Assembly: GCA_965242925.1 (NCBI GenBank) | Contig: CBDEUM010000009.1 | Span: 64,001 to 128,000 of the forward strand | Direction: 5' to 3' | Length of the DNA: 64,000 bases | Origin: Roseibacillus sp. | Lineage (GTDB): Bacteria > Verrucomicrobiota > Verrucomicrobiia > Verrucomicrobiales > Akkermansiaceae | Translations under genes and position numbers: made by a program | Shown here: positions 8,504-19,200 of the stretch, piece after piece | Position numbering within the stretch: the first letter of the stretch is position 1 | Layout of the letters: the number at the start of each line of letters is the position of its first letter | Notes under the pieces: model-generated | Database searches by the model: none | Seen by the model: the letters and a program-made list of their open reading frames with translations, nothing else | Told to the model about the DNA's origin: nothing

Positions 8504-11500
8504 ATGAATTTGCGCACGCCTGCACTGCTTCTGTGGATCGTCCTCCCCCTGGCCGGATCCGTCGCAGCGAAGCAAGGAGACGAAGAGCTGCGCAAACTTG
8601 CCGCTGATGCCTACCAGGCCGGCCACATTGAGACGGGCCACCTTCACCTGCAACAGGTGATTGCGCAGAACCCGAGCAATATGGCGGTCACCCTCGACGC
8701 GCTCTCCGAAATTCTCAAGCAGTCGCGTCGCAGTGATGCCAAACTCAGGGCAGAGCAGCCCAACGTCCCCTTTTCCGAGAATCCGTCTGCGGAGCAGGCC
8801 GCCCGTCAACTCTGTGCCCTCGAACAAATAGGGATCCTTTCCGCCAATCACGAGTCCCTCAAGCATGCCGCCACCATCCTGGTGCAACATCACCTGCACA
8901 ATCGGCGGCTCTTCGAGGCCAGAGAGCTGGTCGACCGACAGGCCCGCGAGAACGCCCATGATCTCTTCTGGCGCATCCTGCAGGCCCAAGTCTACCAGCG
9001 CCTCAATTCAACGGAAACCAAACCGCTTTTCACTCAACTCAAGGAGGAGATGGACCTCGTCCATCCGGATCCGGCCATCCGCAAATTGTGGGGAGAGTTC
9101 TCGGAGGAGTGGACCACCAAGGGCAATTCCCTGCCTCTCGCCATCCAGCCTCTCTTCAAGGGGAGCCCGCTGCCCCACATGGAACCTGACGATCCCGACC
9201 TCGAATGGGACACGGTAGCCACCCGGTCAGCCCGCATTGTCGCTCCCCTCATCGATCGCGTGGCGGCCAAGGCCCTGACTGTGCCGCAGATCGTACCCTG
9301 GCGGGATAAGTCCGGTCTCACCGACCCGGTTCGCGCCCTCGATCTCCATCTCCTCAGCCAGCCGTCGGCCGACCTGGCAAATCTTCGCAAGGTCCAGAAC
9401 GAACGATACGAACTGGAGAAGTATCGTGAAAACCCGACCGACGCCGAAATTCTCTACCGCTTCCGACGCTATCCCTGGGCCTCGGCCGCCCAGAAGGATC
9501 TGCGCGGACTTGCCAACCGGGCCCTCTTCGCCGGGCACTCCCAGGACGCCTGGCGCAGCTTCCAGGACCTCCTGGACCACGCCAGCGACACGGAGACCCG
9601 GGACGCCTCCCAAGTCGGTATCTGGACCGCGCGCACCCAGATCGAAGCCCCTCGAACCGCTGCCGATCTGCTTGGTGGTGATGACCCCGCCCACAAACTC
9701 ACGTGGCTTGGGAAACCCACCCCGGCGGGAGAAATTTGCCGGCAACTTATCGAAAACCATCGCCCTTCCCAGACCCCCGGCCCGCTGGCCACGGCGAAAA
9801 CCCTGGGGGAATTCACCCAACGGCTCGTCCATATTCCTCCCACCTCGCCCTGGCAAAGCCAGGTTCCAAACGAGATCGACCTGACCATCGCCGGAAGCCA
9901 TCTTCTCGTGAGTGGGCGTGACATGCTGGCGCTTTTCGATACCCGGAATCCCGACAAACCCCTGTGGGCCAGCTTCCAGCCTCCCACCCCGGAAAACAAC
10001 AAGAAGCCCGACAACAACCACCCCGGCTTCTTCCGCCCCCGCTTTTCCAACGGGCAGCTCTTCACCCGCTGGGGATTCAGTTCCCAACCGCCACGGGGCA
10101 TCGCCGGGATCGACTGCACCAACGGGGCAATTCTCTGGACTGACGAGAGCAATATCGGAGACCACCGTCTCCTTAACGTCCCGCTCGGGGATCCCGTGCC
10201 CAGCGATGGTCTCCTCTATTATCTTGAGTGGAGCTCGCCCAATGATGTCAACCAGGGGCCTGGTCGCCAACTGAACCTGGTCTGCTTCGATCCCGGGGCC
10301 GGCAGCACGACATGGCGAGCATCCATTGCCGTTGCAGGCCGCGAATCTGACCTCACTGCCAGCCTCGAACGCAGTCAACCGGCATTCGCGGTCTATGGCA
10401 ACAGCGTCACCATCGCCCAAGGCGCGGTCTACAGCAGCTCCAACTGCGGCCTCGTGGCGCGCTCCGATATCCGCGACGGCCGGACCGACTGGGTCTACCA
10501 ATACACTCCCATCCCTCCGGCCGAACGGAGCGTGCTGAATCATGGATCCCCGCCTCTCCTGGCCGGGGAAAAGGTGATCTGCATGCCCAGGGATGCCCGG
10601 CGTGTTTTCGCCCTCGACCAACGCACCGGACGCCTCCTCTGGGAAAACACCCTTGTCCTGGGAGTGCAATTGGTCGGCGTGATGGAAGACCTCCTCATCG
10701 TCCGGGGACGGTCCCTCGTAGCCGGTCTGGATCTGAACACCGGGGAAGCACGCTGGTACCGGCCCGCCACCCATGTGATTGGCCGCCTCGCTGTGTTTGA
10801 CGGCTCCGTCTATCTCGCCCAGCTCGACGGGCTGCATCGTCTCAACGCCGGGACCGGCCGGATCCTGGAAAGCCGTCCCTGGAATCTCTCCAACGAGAAA
10901 CCGCAGGCCTTTGCCCTGCATGGTCGCGATCTCTTCCTCGTCACTGACAAGCCGGCGGAGGCGACTGGGCGCCGGGTCAACTCGCCCCTCAACGCCTCGC
11001 TACCCGCCGGACGTAATCCACTCGAGCCGCCGCTGAACCGTGCCTGGTCGCTCCCACGCAACAACGCGCGGATTTCCCTCCCGCCTTCCGGTTCCCCGCT
11101 GGAGGGCAGCGCCTTTGTCCTTTCCGGTGGAATTCTCGAGCGGATCGACCTGAGCGCCCGGGGCCGCATCCACTGGCAGCGGTTCATCGATGGCCCGAAC
11201 CCCCAGATCCAGGTCATCGGCAACACCGTGCTTGCCATCGACTATTCGGTTGGCAAGGCCCCCGGGCTGGTCAATCGACTCGTTGCCTTCGATGCCGCTA
11301 CCGGACGAACCCTCTGGGAACACGCCATCGATGCCCCGGTGAGCTCAACCCTCAACTGCGGGAACACCCAGGTTTTCCACGATTCTGTCGGACGGGTGGT
11401 CGCCGTTGACCTGCGCACCGGCACCCGCGCCTGGCAACGCAACTTCGGTAACGGATTCCAGATGCGCCTCGCCACCGACGGCACCAGACTTCACATCTTC

Positions 11501-12667
11501 TTCGTCTCCCGCCTGCGCTCCGCCAACCATGTCGTGGTGGACCCGCCTACGGGCTCCACCCTCAGCAACAGCAAGATCGGCGTCAAGACCTCTGCCGATG
11601 CCCGCAATGCCAAACCGGTCGCGGGCGGCTACTACGAAGTGGCCATCACCCCGGTCAAGACCCGCTACCTGCGATTCACCGCCCTGTCCGATATCGGTGG
11701 GCGCGGCTGGGCTTCTATCGCAGAATTGCAGGTAGGGGGTGAAAACGGGGACAACCTCCCCCGTCAAGGGTGGTCGGCCACCGCAAGCAATTCCGAGACC
11801 AAGGCGCGCTACGATACCAGGCCCCAATGCGTTATCGACGACGATCCCGTCACCTGGTGGCACTCGCAGTGGATCGACAGCATTCCCCAGCATCCGCATT
11901 CCGTCACCCTTGACATGAAAAACGAGAAGACCATCAGCGCTATTCGTTACCTGCCCGCTGTCATCGTGAACAACAACGGCATGATCGGAGAATACGAGCT
12001 TCACGTCAGCAACGACGGCCAGAACTGGGGAAACCCGGTAGGCGAAGGGTTCATGGTCAATCAGACCCGGGTCGACCACGTCTACGCCTCAGATAAGTCG
12101 ATTGTCTTTGAAAGCCGGACCACCCCGAATCAGCCGCTCAATGTCTATCGTTATAAACTGGATGGCAGCCCTGCCATCCTGGTGCGCCGGAACTCCCATG
12201 TCCTCTACATGAAGGAGCCCTACTTCATGATCCACGAAGGGGATAAACTTGTGGTCTGTCATTTCGATGATCCCGCCTATCGGTTCGAACTGGGCCTCCA
12301 CTCCCAGTTTGACCTCTCTGCCCTCTCTCTTGAAAACAACCGCCTGATTCTGGGCCGCAAGAGTGTCCTCGTTGCCGATCTCGGGCAGAAGCGCTTCATC
12401 GTTGCCCCGGGGGATCCAAACCAGGTTTACAACAAGGATGGCGCCCTTGTCCGGGAAGGAGAGCACGGTCTCCTCAAGATTGTTCCGCAGGGGGACAAGG
12501 GGCAGGCCCTCTTCCGCTTTAACCTGCAAAACGGCCAGCGCACCGATGCTCCCCCCATTGAGCAACCCGAAAGCTTCCAACCAGTTCCCGGAATTCCGAA
12601 GTTCGATGGCCTCGTCCTCCTCCGGGACGACTCCTCAGTGAGCGCCTGGATCGGGACGGGCCAATAG
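8504..12667 (+). CDS. Large secreted protein: helical N-terminus, PQQ-like (BamB-type) beta-propeller repeats and an inserted F5/8 type C (discoidin) domain
   Basis: ATG 8504 gives signal peptide MNLRTPALLLWIVLPLAGSVAA; repeated ALDxxTGxxxW blades; VIDDDPVTWWHSQW...PHSVTLDM...YELHVSNDGQNW discoidin motifs. Confidence 0.78.
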   Translation: MNLRTPALLLWIVLPLAGSVAAKQGDEELRKLAADAYQAGHIETGHLHLQQVIAQNPSNMAVTLDALSEILKQSRRSDAKLRAEQPNVPFSENPSAEQAARQLCALEQIGILSANHESLKHAATILVQHHLHNRRLFEARELVDRQARENAHDLFWRILQAQVYQRLNSTETKPLFTQLKEEMDLVHPDPAIRKLWGEFSEEWTTKGNSLPLAIQPLFKGSPLPHMEPDDPDLEWDTVATRSARIVAPLIDRVAAKALTVPQIVPWRDKSGLTDPVRALDLHLLSQPSADLANLRKVQNERYELEKYRENPTDAEILYRFRRYPWASAAQKDLRGLANRALFAGHSQDAWRSFQDLLDHASDTETRDASQVGIWTARTQIEAPRTAADLLGGDDPAHKLTWLGKPTPAGEICRQLIENHRPSQTPGPLATAKTLGEFTQRLVHIPPTSPWQSQVPNEIDLTIAGSHLLVSGRDMLALFDTRNPDKPLWASFQPPTPENNKKPDNNHPGFFRPRFSNGQLFTRWGFSSQPPRGIAGIDCTNGAILWTDESNIGDHRLLNVPLGDPVPSDGLLYYLEWSSPNDVNQGPGRQLNLVCFDPGAGSTTWRASIAVAGRESDLTASLERSQPAFAVYGNSVTIAQGAVYSSSNCGLVARSDIRDGRTDWVYQYTPIPPAERSVLNHGSPPLLAGEKVICMPRDARRVFALDQRTGRLLWENTLVLGVQLVGVMEDLLIVRGRSLVAGLDLNTGEARWYRPATHVIGRLAVFDGSVYLAQLDGLHRLNAGTGRILESRPWNLSNEKPQAFALHGRDLFLVTDKPAEATGRRVNSPLNASLPAGRNPLEPPLNRAWSLPRNNARISLPPSGSPLEGSAFVLSGGILERIDLSARGRIHWQRFIDGPNPQIQVIGNTVLAIDYSVGKAPGLVNRLVAFDAATGRTLWEHAIDAPVSSTLNCGNTQVFHDSVGRVVAVDLRTGTRAWQRNFGNGFQMRLATDGTRLHIFFVSRLRSANHVVVDPPTGSTLSNSKIGVKTSADARNAKPVAGGYYEVAITPVKTRYLRFTALSDIGGRGWASIAELQVGGENGDNLPRQGWSATASNSETKARYDTRPQCVIDDDPVTWWHSQWIDSIPQHPHSVTLDMKNEKTISAIRYLPAVIVNNNGMIGEYELHVSNDGQNWGNPVGEGFMVNQTRVDHVYASDKSIVFESRTTPNQPLNVYRYKLDGSPAILVRRNSHVLYMKEPYFMIHEGDKLVVCHFDDPAYRFELGLHSQFDLSALSLENNRLILGRKSVLVADLGQKRFIVAPGDPNQVYNKDGALVREGEHGLLKIVPQGDKGQALFRFNLQNGQRTDAPPIEQPESFQPVPGIPKFDGLVLLRDDSSVSAWIGTGQ

Positions 12668-12751
12668 CAGGGGTGCACAACGCTGGAAAGCGGCCTTTGT
12701 AAGCCCATTTTTCTAGTTCTGGAGGAATGAACCTCTACCCTCCTCTCGTTC

Positions 12752-13546
12752 ATGACCCGGTTAGCCACCCTCTCCATCATGGCGCTGTCGCTTGTGGTGG
12801 GGAGCCGCCTGGCAGCCGAATCGCGCTCCTGGCGCAGCGCCAATGGCAACCGCAGCTTCCGGGCGGAGTTCCTCTCCAGTGATGGATCAAGCGTTGTTCT
12901 GCGAAGGCTTGACAAAAAAATCGTTACCGTGGCTTGGGAGAACCTGCATCCCAGTGACCGGGCCTGGGTCCGCGAACGCCTCCGGAAAACCGCGGCAAAG
13001 GTGCATGGTGGACTCAAGGGATCCTGCTTCGACAACCTCGCCTACGGTGACAACCGCCGGACCGTGGAGAAGAAACTCAAGGAGAGCCTGGTGGCCAGCA
13101 AATCCCTCGATGATCGACTGACAGGCCGCACCGGACTGAACGGAATCTACCAGACCACCATCGCCACCGAACCCTACGAACTGTTCTTCCACTGGACCGA
13201 TAAAGACGAACTACAGGAGGTCACCCTGCGCAGCAGGACGGTCGCCCAGATCGACTATGCCAAAGCCCTCAAGAAGACCTGGACCAGCCTGATTTCTCTC
13301 CTGCAGGAACATCATGGCAAACCGGTCCAGACGACCGGGTATCCCCCGCAGGAAGAACTGCAGGAGGGCAAGCTCCTTGGCTCACATCTCTGGCACACCC
13401 CGGATCAGCACTCCATCCTGCTCTCTACCGGGCGGGAAGGGGCAGGCTACCTGGTGTCCATCCGCTTCAGCGCCGCATTGATCCCGCCCAACAGGCTCCG
13501 GGAAACGCAGGAGGAACCAAAGGCCCCCTCCGGGCCCGGCACCTGA
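12752..13546 (+). CDS. Secreted protein with N-terminal SHD1-like domain
   Basis: Signal peptide, then RSWRSANGNRSFRAEFL...VVLRR...LHPSDRAWV, which fits the SHD1 pattern. C-terminal domain not recognised. Confidence 0.65.
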   Translation: MTRLATLSIMALSLVVGSRLAAESRSWRSANGNRSFRAEFLSSDGSSVVLRRLDKKIVTVAWENLHPSDRAWVRERLRKTAAKVHGGLKGSCFDNLAYGDNRRTVEKKLKESLVASKSLDDRLTGRTGLNGIYQTTIATEPYELFFHWTDKDELQEVTLRSRTVAQIDYAKALKKTWTSLISLLQEHHGKPVQTTGYPPQEELQEGKLLGSHLWHTPDQHSILLSTGREGAGYLVSIRFSAALIPPNRLRETQEEPKAPSGPGT

Positions 13547-13601
13547 AGAGCGAACTGCCGTCTGGCCTCCCGAAGCCATTTCTGGTTAATCGACTCCTGC
13601 C

Positions 13602-15041
13602 ATGAGCGACTACCAGATGTACCTGAACGGCAGGTGGGACGATGGGGAAGGCACCCATCCCGTGATCAACCCCGCCACCGAGGAGACCATTGCGGAAATC
13701 CCGGTGGCCACCGGAACACAGATCACGGAGGCCTACCAGGTCGCCCGCAAGGCCCAGTATTCCTGGGCCCGCCTGACCGGAGTGGAGCGGGGAAATATCC
13801 TCCGCAAGTGGGCAGACCTCCTCGACGAGAACCGCGACCACATCACCCGCGTGATCAGCCAGGAAGTGGGCAAACCGATCAACGAGGCTCGCGGGGAATT
13901 CGACTTCGGCAACTCCTGGTTCCGTTACTACGCAGAGTTCGATCGCCGCATCGATGGCGAAATCCTCACTCCGGACAAACCCAATGAACAGCTCTGGATC
14001 GTCCCCAGCCCGGTGGGCGTGGTGACCGGGATCATCCCCTGGAATTTCCCCTTCGCGGTTGCGGTGCGCAAGATCGCACCCGCTCTCATCACCGGAAACA
14101 CCCTCGTCCTCAAACCACATGAGGACACTCCCTTGAGCGCCCTCGAAATCGCCCGACTGGCCGAAGCGGCCGGTGTTCCCCCCGGCGTGTTCCAGGTTCT
14201 CTGTGGCCCCGGGGAGACCGTGGGTGAAGCGATGGTGAAGGATCCCACCGCCCGGCTCATCACCTTTACCGGCAGCGTGCCAACCGGAAAGCGCATCGCT
14301 CGCAATGCAGCCGACAATGTTGCCCTCGTCTCCCTGGAGATGGGGGGCAAGGCGCCCTTTATCGTGATGGACGACTGCGACCTCGATGCCGCCGTGGACA
14401 CCGCTGTCTTTTCGCGTTTCCTCAACTGCGGCCAGATCTGCATCGCCAACGAACGCACCTACCTGCAGAAAAACATCGCCTCCGAGTTCACCGAGAAGTT
14501 CCTCGCTGAGGTAGGGAAGCTCAACCTGGGGGATCCCCTTCAGGAGGACACCCGGATCGGTCCCAAGGTGAGCAGGGAGGAACTGGAGAAGGTGGAAGCC
14601 TGCGTGGAAAACGCGAGGAAGGCCGGGGTGGAGGTGCTCACCGGGGGCAACCGCCGCAGCGGCGGTCTGTTCGATCGGGGCTATTGGTACGAGCCGACCG
14701 TCATTTCCGGGGTGCGCCAGGACATGGAGATCATGCAGAAGGAAATCTTTGGCCCGGTCGTACCGCTCATGGAATTCGATACCTTCGACGAGGCCCTGGA
14801 GCTCGCCAACGATTCAAGCTACGGCCTGGCGGCCTACCTCTTCACCAACGACATGAACCGGATCATGCGCACGATCCGGGACCTTGAGTGTGGTGAATTC
14901 TACATCAACCGCGGGCCGGGTGAGTCGATCCACGGCTTTCACGGCGGGCTCAAGGAAAGCGGCCTTGGAGGCGACGACGGCATCCACGGCCTCAACCACT
15001 ACCTCCACCGCAAGTGCGTCTACCTGAAATTTGAGGGGTAG
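13602..15041 (+). CDS. aldA: NAD-dependent aldehyde dehydrogenase, AldA (lactaldehyde/glycolaldehyde dehydrogenase)-like
   Basis: IIPWNFP, FTGS, SLEMGGKAP, catalytic Cys in NCGQICIA, EIFGP. GEFYINR and GGDDGIHGL resemble E. coli AldA. Substrate is inferred. Confidence 0.85.
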   Translation: MSDYQMYLNGRWDDGEGTHPVINPATEETIAEIPVATGTQITEAYQVARKAQYSWARLTGVERGNILRKWADLLDENRDHITRVISQEVGKPINEARGEFDFGNSWFRYYAEFDRRIDGEILTPDKPNEQLWIVPSPVGVVTGIIPWNFPFAVAVRKIAPALITGNTLVLKPHEDTPLSALEIARLAEAAGVPPGVFQVLCGPGETVGEAMVKDPTARLITFTGSVPTGKRIARNAADNVALVSLEMGGKAPFIVMDDCDLDAAVDTAVFSRFLNCGQICIANERTYLQKNIASEFTEKFLAEVGKLNLGDPLQEDTRIGPKVSREELEKVEACVENARKAGVEVLTGGNRRSGGLFDRGYWYEPTVISGVRQDMEIMQKEIFGPVVPLMEFDTFDEALELANDSSYGLAAYLFTNDMNRIMRTIRDLECGEFYINRGPGESIHGFHGGLKESGLGGDDGIHGLNHYLHRKCVYLKFEG

Positions 15042-15132
15042 ATTCGGCGCAACCCTGTCAACTATTCGAGCCCTGCCATGCTGGCGGGGAAGGGAGGCGA
15101 CCCGCAGGAGTCGCCCGACCTGCGGACTGCTC

Positions 15133-16140
15133 CTACTTGGCCTTCACCCTCCTGTACTTGGTGACTCGCCCATGAACATTCCACTCCTGGGCATAGAGGT
15201 CTCCCTTGGAATCAAACGTGCAGCCATGCACGGCGATCAGGTCCCCCTCGTGCCAGTGATCGGGTCCAACCTGGTTGCTGGCCTTTTTACGCTCCTTGTG
15301 CTCATCCCCGAGGCGGGAAACCACCTTGTAGTCCGGATCGTAAAGTGAAACCCGTCCATCCAGTTCACCAACCGCCAGAAGGTCCCCGTGGATATCCGCG
15401 GCACAGGGGCGTCCCAGTCCGGCATCGATGGTCCGGAGAAATTTCCCTTCCAGGTCGTGCTGCTGCAGCCGGTTGTTCTGCCGGTCGCTGATCAACAGGG
15501 TCGGCGTCCCGCTACGGGTATCAACCAGGATATTGTGGCAGATGTCGAACTTGCCGTCTTCCTTGCCCTTCCCCCCGAAGCTCTTCACGTAATTACGCTC
15601 CTTGTCATAAAGGTGGACCAGCGACTTGCCGTACCCATCGACGACGTAGACCCGGCCGTCCGGAGTCACATCAAGGTCGGTCGGATTGTATTCCCCCCTG
15701 CTCCCGTACATGCCCGGCACCTCGGGCGGGCCGATGATCTGCCACACCACCGTTCCATCAGGCTTTACCGCCACCACCCGCTTGATCCGGGGCATGGCAA
15801 GAAGAAGCAATTCTTCTCCCTTCATCTTGCGCACCTTCATGCCGTGCACAGCCTTGAAAACCTTGCCCGACTTGGTGCGGATGTCCCCCTTGTAGACTCC
15901 ATCCGGACCAATCACCTGGATGGTGTTCCCGGTGGCGACGTAGACATTGCCCTTGCTGTCGGCGGCCAGGTCCCCGTGCAGGTTCCCGAGTTGCTTGCCT
16001 TCCGGGTACTTGGGCCAGCCCGGGACGGTCTCGTAGATGCCCTCCCCCTGGCCGGTCCGGACAGGTTTCGTCTCTTCAGCCCTGACACAGGGGGCCAGCA
16101 GCAGGATAGACAGGCAGAGGCGTAAGGTCATATTCATCAT
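15133..16140 (-). CDS. Secreted NHL-repeat beta-propeller, PAL (peptidyl-alpha-hydroxyglycine lyase)-like
   Basis: Signal peptide; YETVPGWPK; PTDLDVTPDGRVYVVDGYG; GKFDICHNI; ISDRQNNRLQ; HGCTFDSKGDLYAQEW. Start is uncertain (16131-16170). Confidence 0.75.
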   Translation of the reverse strand: MMNMTLRLCLSILLLAPCVRAEETKPVRTGQGEGIYETVPGWPKYPEGKQLGNLHGDLAADSKGNVYVATGNTIQVIGPDGVYKGDIRTKSGKVFKAVHGMKVRKMKGEELLLLAMPRIKRVVAVKPDGTVVWQIIGPPEVPGMYGSRGEYNPTDLDVTPDGRVYVVDGYGKSLVHLYDKERNYVKSFGGKGKEDGKFDICHNILVDTRSGTPTLLISDRQNNRLQQHDLEGKFLRTIDAGLGRPCAADIHGDLLAVGELDGRVSLYDPDYKVVSRLGDEHKERKKASNQVGPDHWHEGDLIAVHGCTFDSKGDLYAQEWNVHGRVTKYRRVKAK

Positions 16141-16243
16141 GGAAGCACCAGATTTCATTACTTCAGGCAACTCAACCGCAAATCCGCACTCCCGTCGATG
16201 CCGCGTTGGGGTGGACCCGCGAAAACCCTGCGATCCGATCCCG

Positions 16244-19200
16244 TTACTTCTTCTTCGAGGCTCGCTCGCGCAGCATCCTGGCGACCACGGGCCTCTGCTC
16301 CTCGATCTTCTTCACGTCAAGACCGAGGTTGGAACCCCGGATGATCCCCTCGTAAAACTGGCGTAATCCGTCACTCCATCCCCCGGAAACCGTATCGACC
16401 GCCGCCTCCTCGCGCTCGTTCTTCTTGGTCAGGGATGCCCCGTGCCGGAGCAGGAACTCCACCATGTCCTCCCGGCAGAGGAAGGCGGCGAGGTGGAGCG
16501 GGGTATTCCCGTCCCGGTTGTGATAGGAGACATTGACCTTGTGGTCCTCGACCAGAAGCCTGGCGATCTCCATTCGTCCATGGAAAACGGCCGTGCTGAG
16601 GGGCGTCATCCCGCCATCACCGAGGCGACGCGCATTGGTGGGGGCCCCCTTGCGGATCCATCGCTTGACCGCGTCCAGGTCGTTGCGCTCGATCGCTTTT
16701 GCAAGGTCCTCGCGTATTGCCGAGGGGTCGGTCGAAGAGCGGACGTTCCGGGCCTCCTCCTCGTTCTTCCCGGTGTAGAAGATAAAGTCGTTACTGAAGA
16801 GACCGCTCGGATTCTGCACCTGGAGGAAGTGAATCCCGGGCTCGGGAAGGGTCTGCAACTCAATGGTCGCGCGTTCCTTCCGGGGGAGGGTTATGCTGGC
16901 CGGAACCCTCCGCCCGTTCACGAAGACGGCGGCTCCCTTACGAATGTGCCGGGCGCCAACAATCATCGTCCGGTTGTCCCCGTAAAGGCTGGGGAAGCGC
17001 TGCTTGCCGATCTGCGCCTGCAGCGAACCCCGGGTCCAGAGGGCCGGCTGGGGATGATCGTAGTCGTCATTGACACCATGCCGCCCGGTGATGGTTCCCA
17101 CAAAGCTTCCCGCGGCAGCAGCCTCCACCAGTTTCTCACGGGTGACCGCCTTGCGCTCACCATCCAGCATGACATAGCTGCCGCCCTCCCACTGCGCATC
17201 ATACTGGAAAGTGACTGCCCGGCCCTTCCCTTCCCCCACAATAACCCCCTCGCCCTGGAGGACAATCGCCCCTTCCCGGGCCGACGTTTCCAGGGCCTCC
17301 AGCAGGTTCTCAGTCATCGCTTCCCGCGCGGTGTCCCTGTTCAGGGTGAGCTGCCTCGCGAAGGAGCCCGAAAACCCGGTGCTCCCTTCGGTCACCATTT
17401 CCCAGACCGGATCGAATTCACTCCGGGACCGCCACGAAAACCGCCAGATCTCGCGCTCCGAATTGCCGCGCTCCGCCACCCGGCGGTAGAAGTCGAAATC
17501 GATGATGTTCAGCCGTCCCTGCGGCAGAATGAGGAACCGATCATAGGCCCCCCGCCAGGTGGGTGCGTCCATCCCCGTGCCAGGCGTGTTGGTGCTCACC
17601 AGGAAGGGCATGCGGTGGCAGTTCCCGCAGACATTCATACGCCCATCCTCGCGGTTGCCCACGATGTGAAATTGCTTGAATCCTTCCTCCGCCCGCTCGG
17701 TGAGCTTGTTATCATAAGCACGGCGCTGGGCCGGAGGATAGGTCACGTTGAGGAGGAACTTCGCCAGGTCGTCCCTCTCCCCGGACGACAGGTGGCCGGC
17801 CTTGCCTTCGTCGTTGGTCTCCTTTGTCCCCACCATCAGCATGGTGGTGGCGAGGCCGCCGTCGATAACGTGGCGCGTGGCGCTCTCCGGCTTGTCGATA
17901 TCGCAGTTCGGATCGACGTGACTCCGGATATTGGCACTGTTATTGCCCCCGTAGGGATCACCGGGAATGCCGTCCCAGTGGAACGGGGCGGTGTCACGCA
18001 ATCCGCGTAGAGGCATGGTAGAGCGCGGCATGATCTGATTCCCCCCCGTCACAATGGGCGTCTTGAGCACCCAGAGAAGCTGATCGGTATGACCGTCCGG
18101 ATGGCAGCTGGCGCAGGAAAAGGTCGCGGTCGTGGAGGCCGACGCCTTGTTGAAGGCGATGCGGCCGCGCTTGAAGGCCGGGTGAGTAGGATCCTCCAGG
18201 GCAATTGTTCCCCGCACCTTCGGGTTGGCGGGATCAGAGAGATCGAGCAACGAAACCGTATTGGCCACCGCATTGAGAACCCACGCGGCGGAAAGCTTTC
18301 CGCCCGGACCCGTTTCAAGGGCAATGCCCCGTGGCACGGAGTCCACCTTTACCCGCCCGAGGATCGCTCCCTTGCTCGCATCAACGGTGAAAACCACGTC
18401 CGAGCCGGCTGCACTCGCCACCAGGGTGGAATCGTCATCGCTGATCTGGATCGCATAGGGCGTGGCAAGGGCCTTCTCCCGCTCCGGATGCTTCGGGGGG
18501 AGGGGCTCAAGATCAAAGAACTCCGGCTTCGCTTTCTCCCCGGGCAGCACCCTGGTGATCTGGTTCAGGAAAGCCCTGTTCTCCAACTCTGCCAGCCCGT
18601 GCTTCTTGGTGCCGGATCGCCCGTTCGCGTCATTCCGGGCATCCGCCTGGGCTATGAAGACGCGCCCCTTGGAATCCACCGTGAGACCGTAGAGCAGCGT
18701 CCCGAGAGTATCGACGGTTTCGATCAGCCTGTCGGTCCTGGTATCGAACACATAGAGATCCCGGTCAGGCACCCGGGGGTGCTTCACGATATCGGTCACG
18801 TGCCCGAGGGAGAGGACATTGTTGTTGGCAATCGAATGCTCGTGCGCATTGAAGGTGACCAGTTCACCGTCGATATTGTAGCCTCCGGAAAGCTGGGTCT
18901 TGTTGTTCGACTCGAAGGGGATGACGTAGAGTCGGTCACCCCGCACCACGATCGCCCGCGGATCCTGGGCCGTGATGTTCAGTCGCTTCTCCACCTTGCG
19001 TGTTTTCACATTGACCACCGCAATCTTGTTTTCCGAGGACAGCGCGACGTAAGCCTTCCCGTTGCTCGCAAAGGCGATCCCAACCGGTTCATCGAACCGG
19101 GTGCCCTTGGTCCGGGGATCAAGATCCTGGACCGTGGCCACCACGTGAAAGCGCGTGGGACTTCGCTTCTCGAGATTGATCACACTGACCGAATCCGAGA

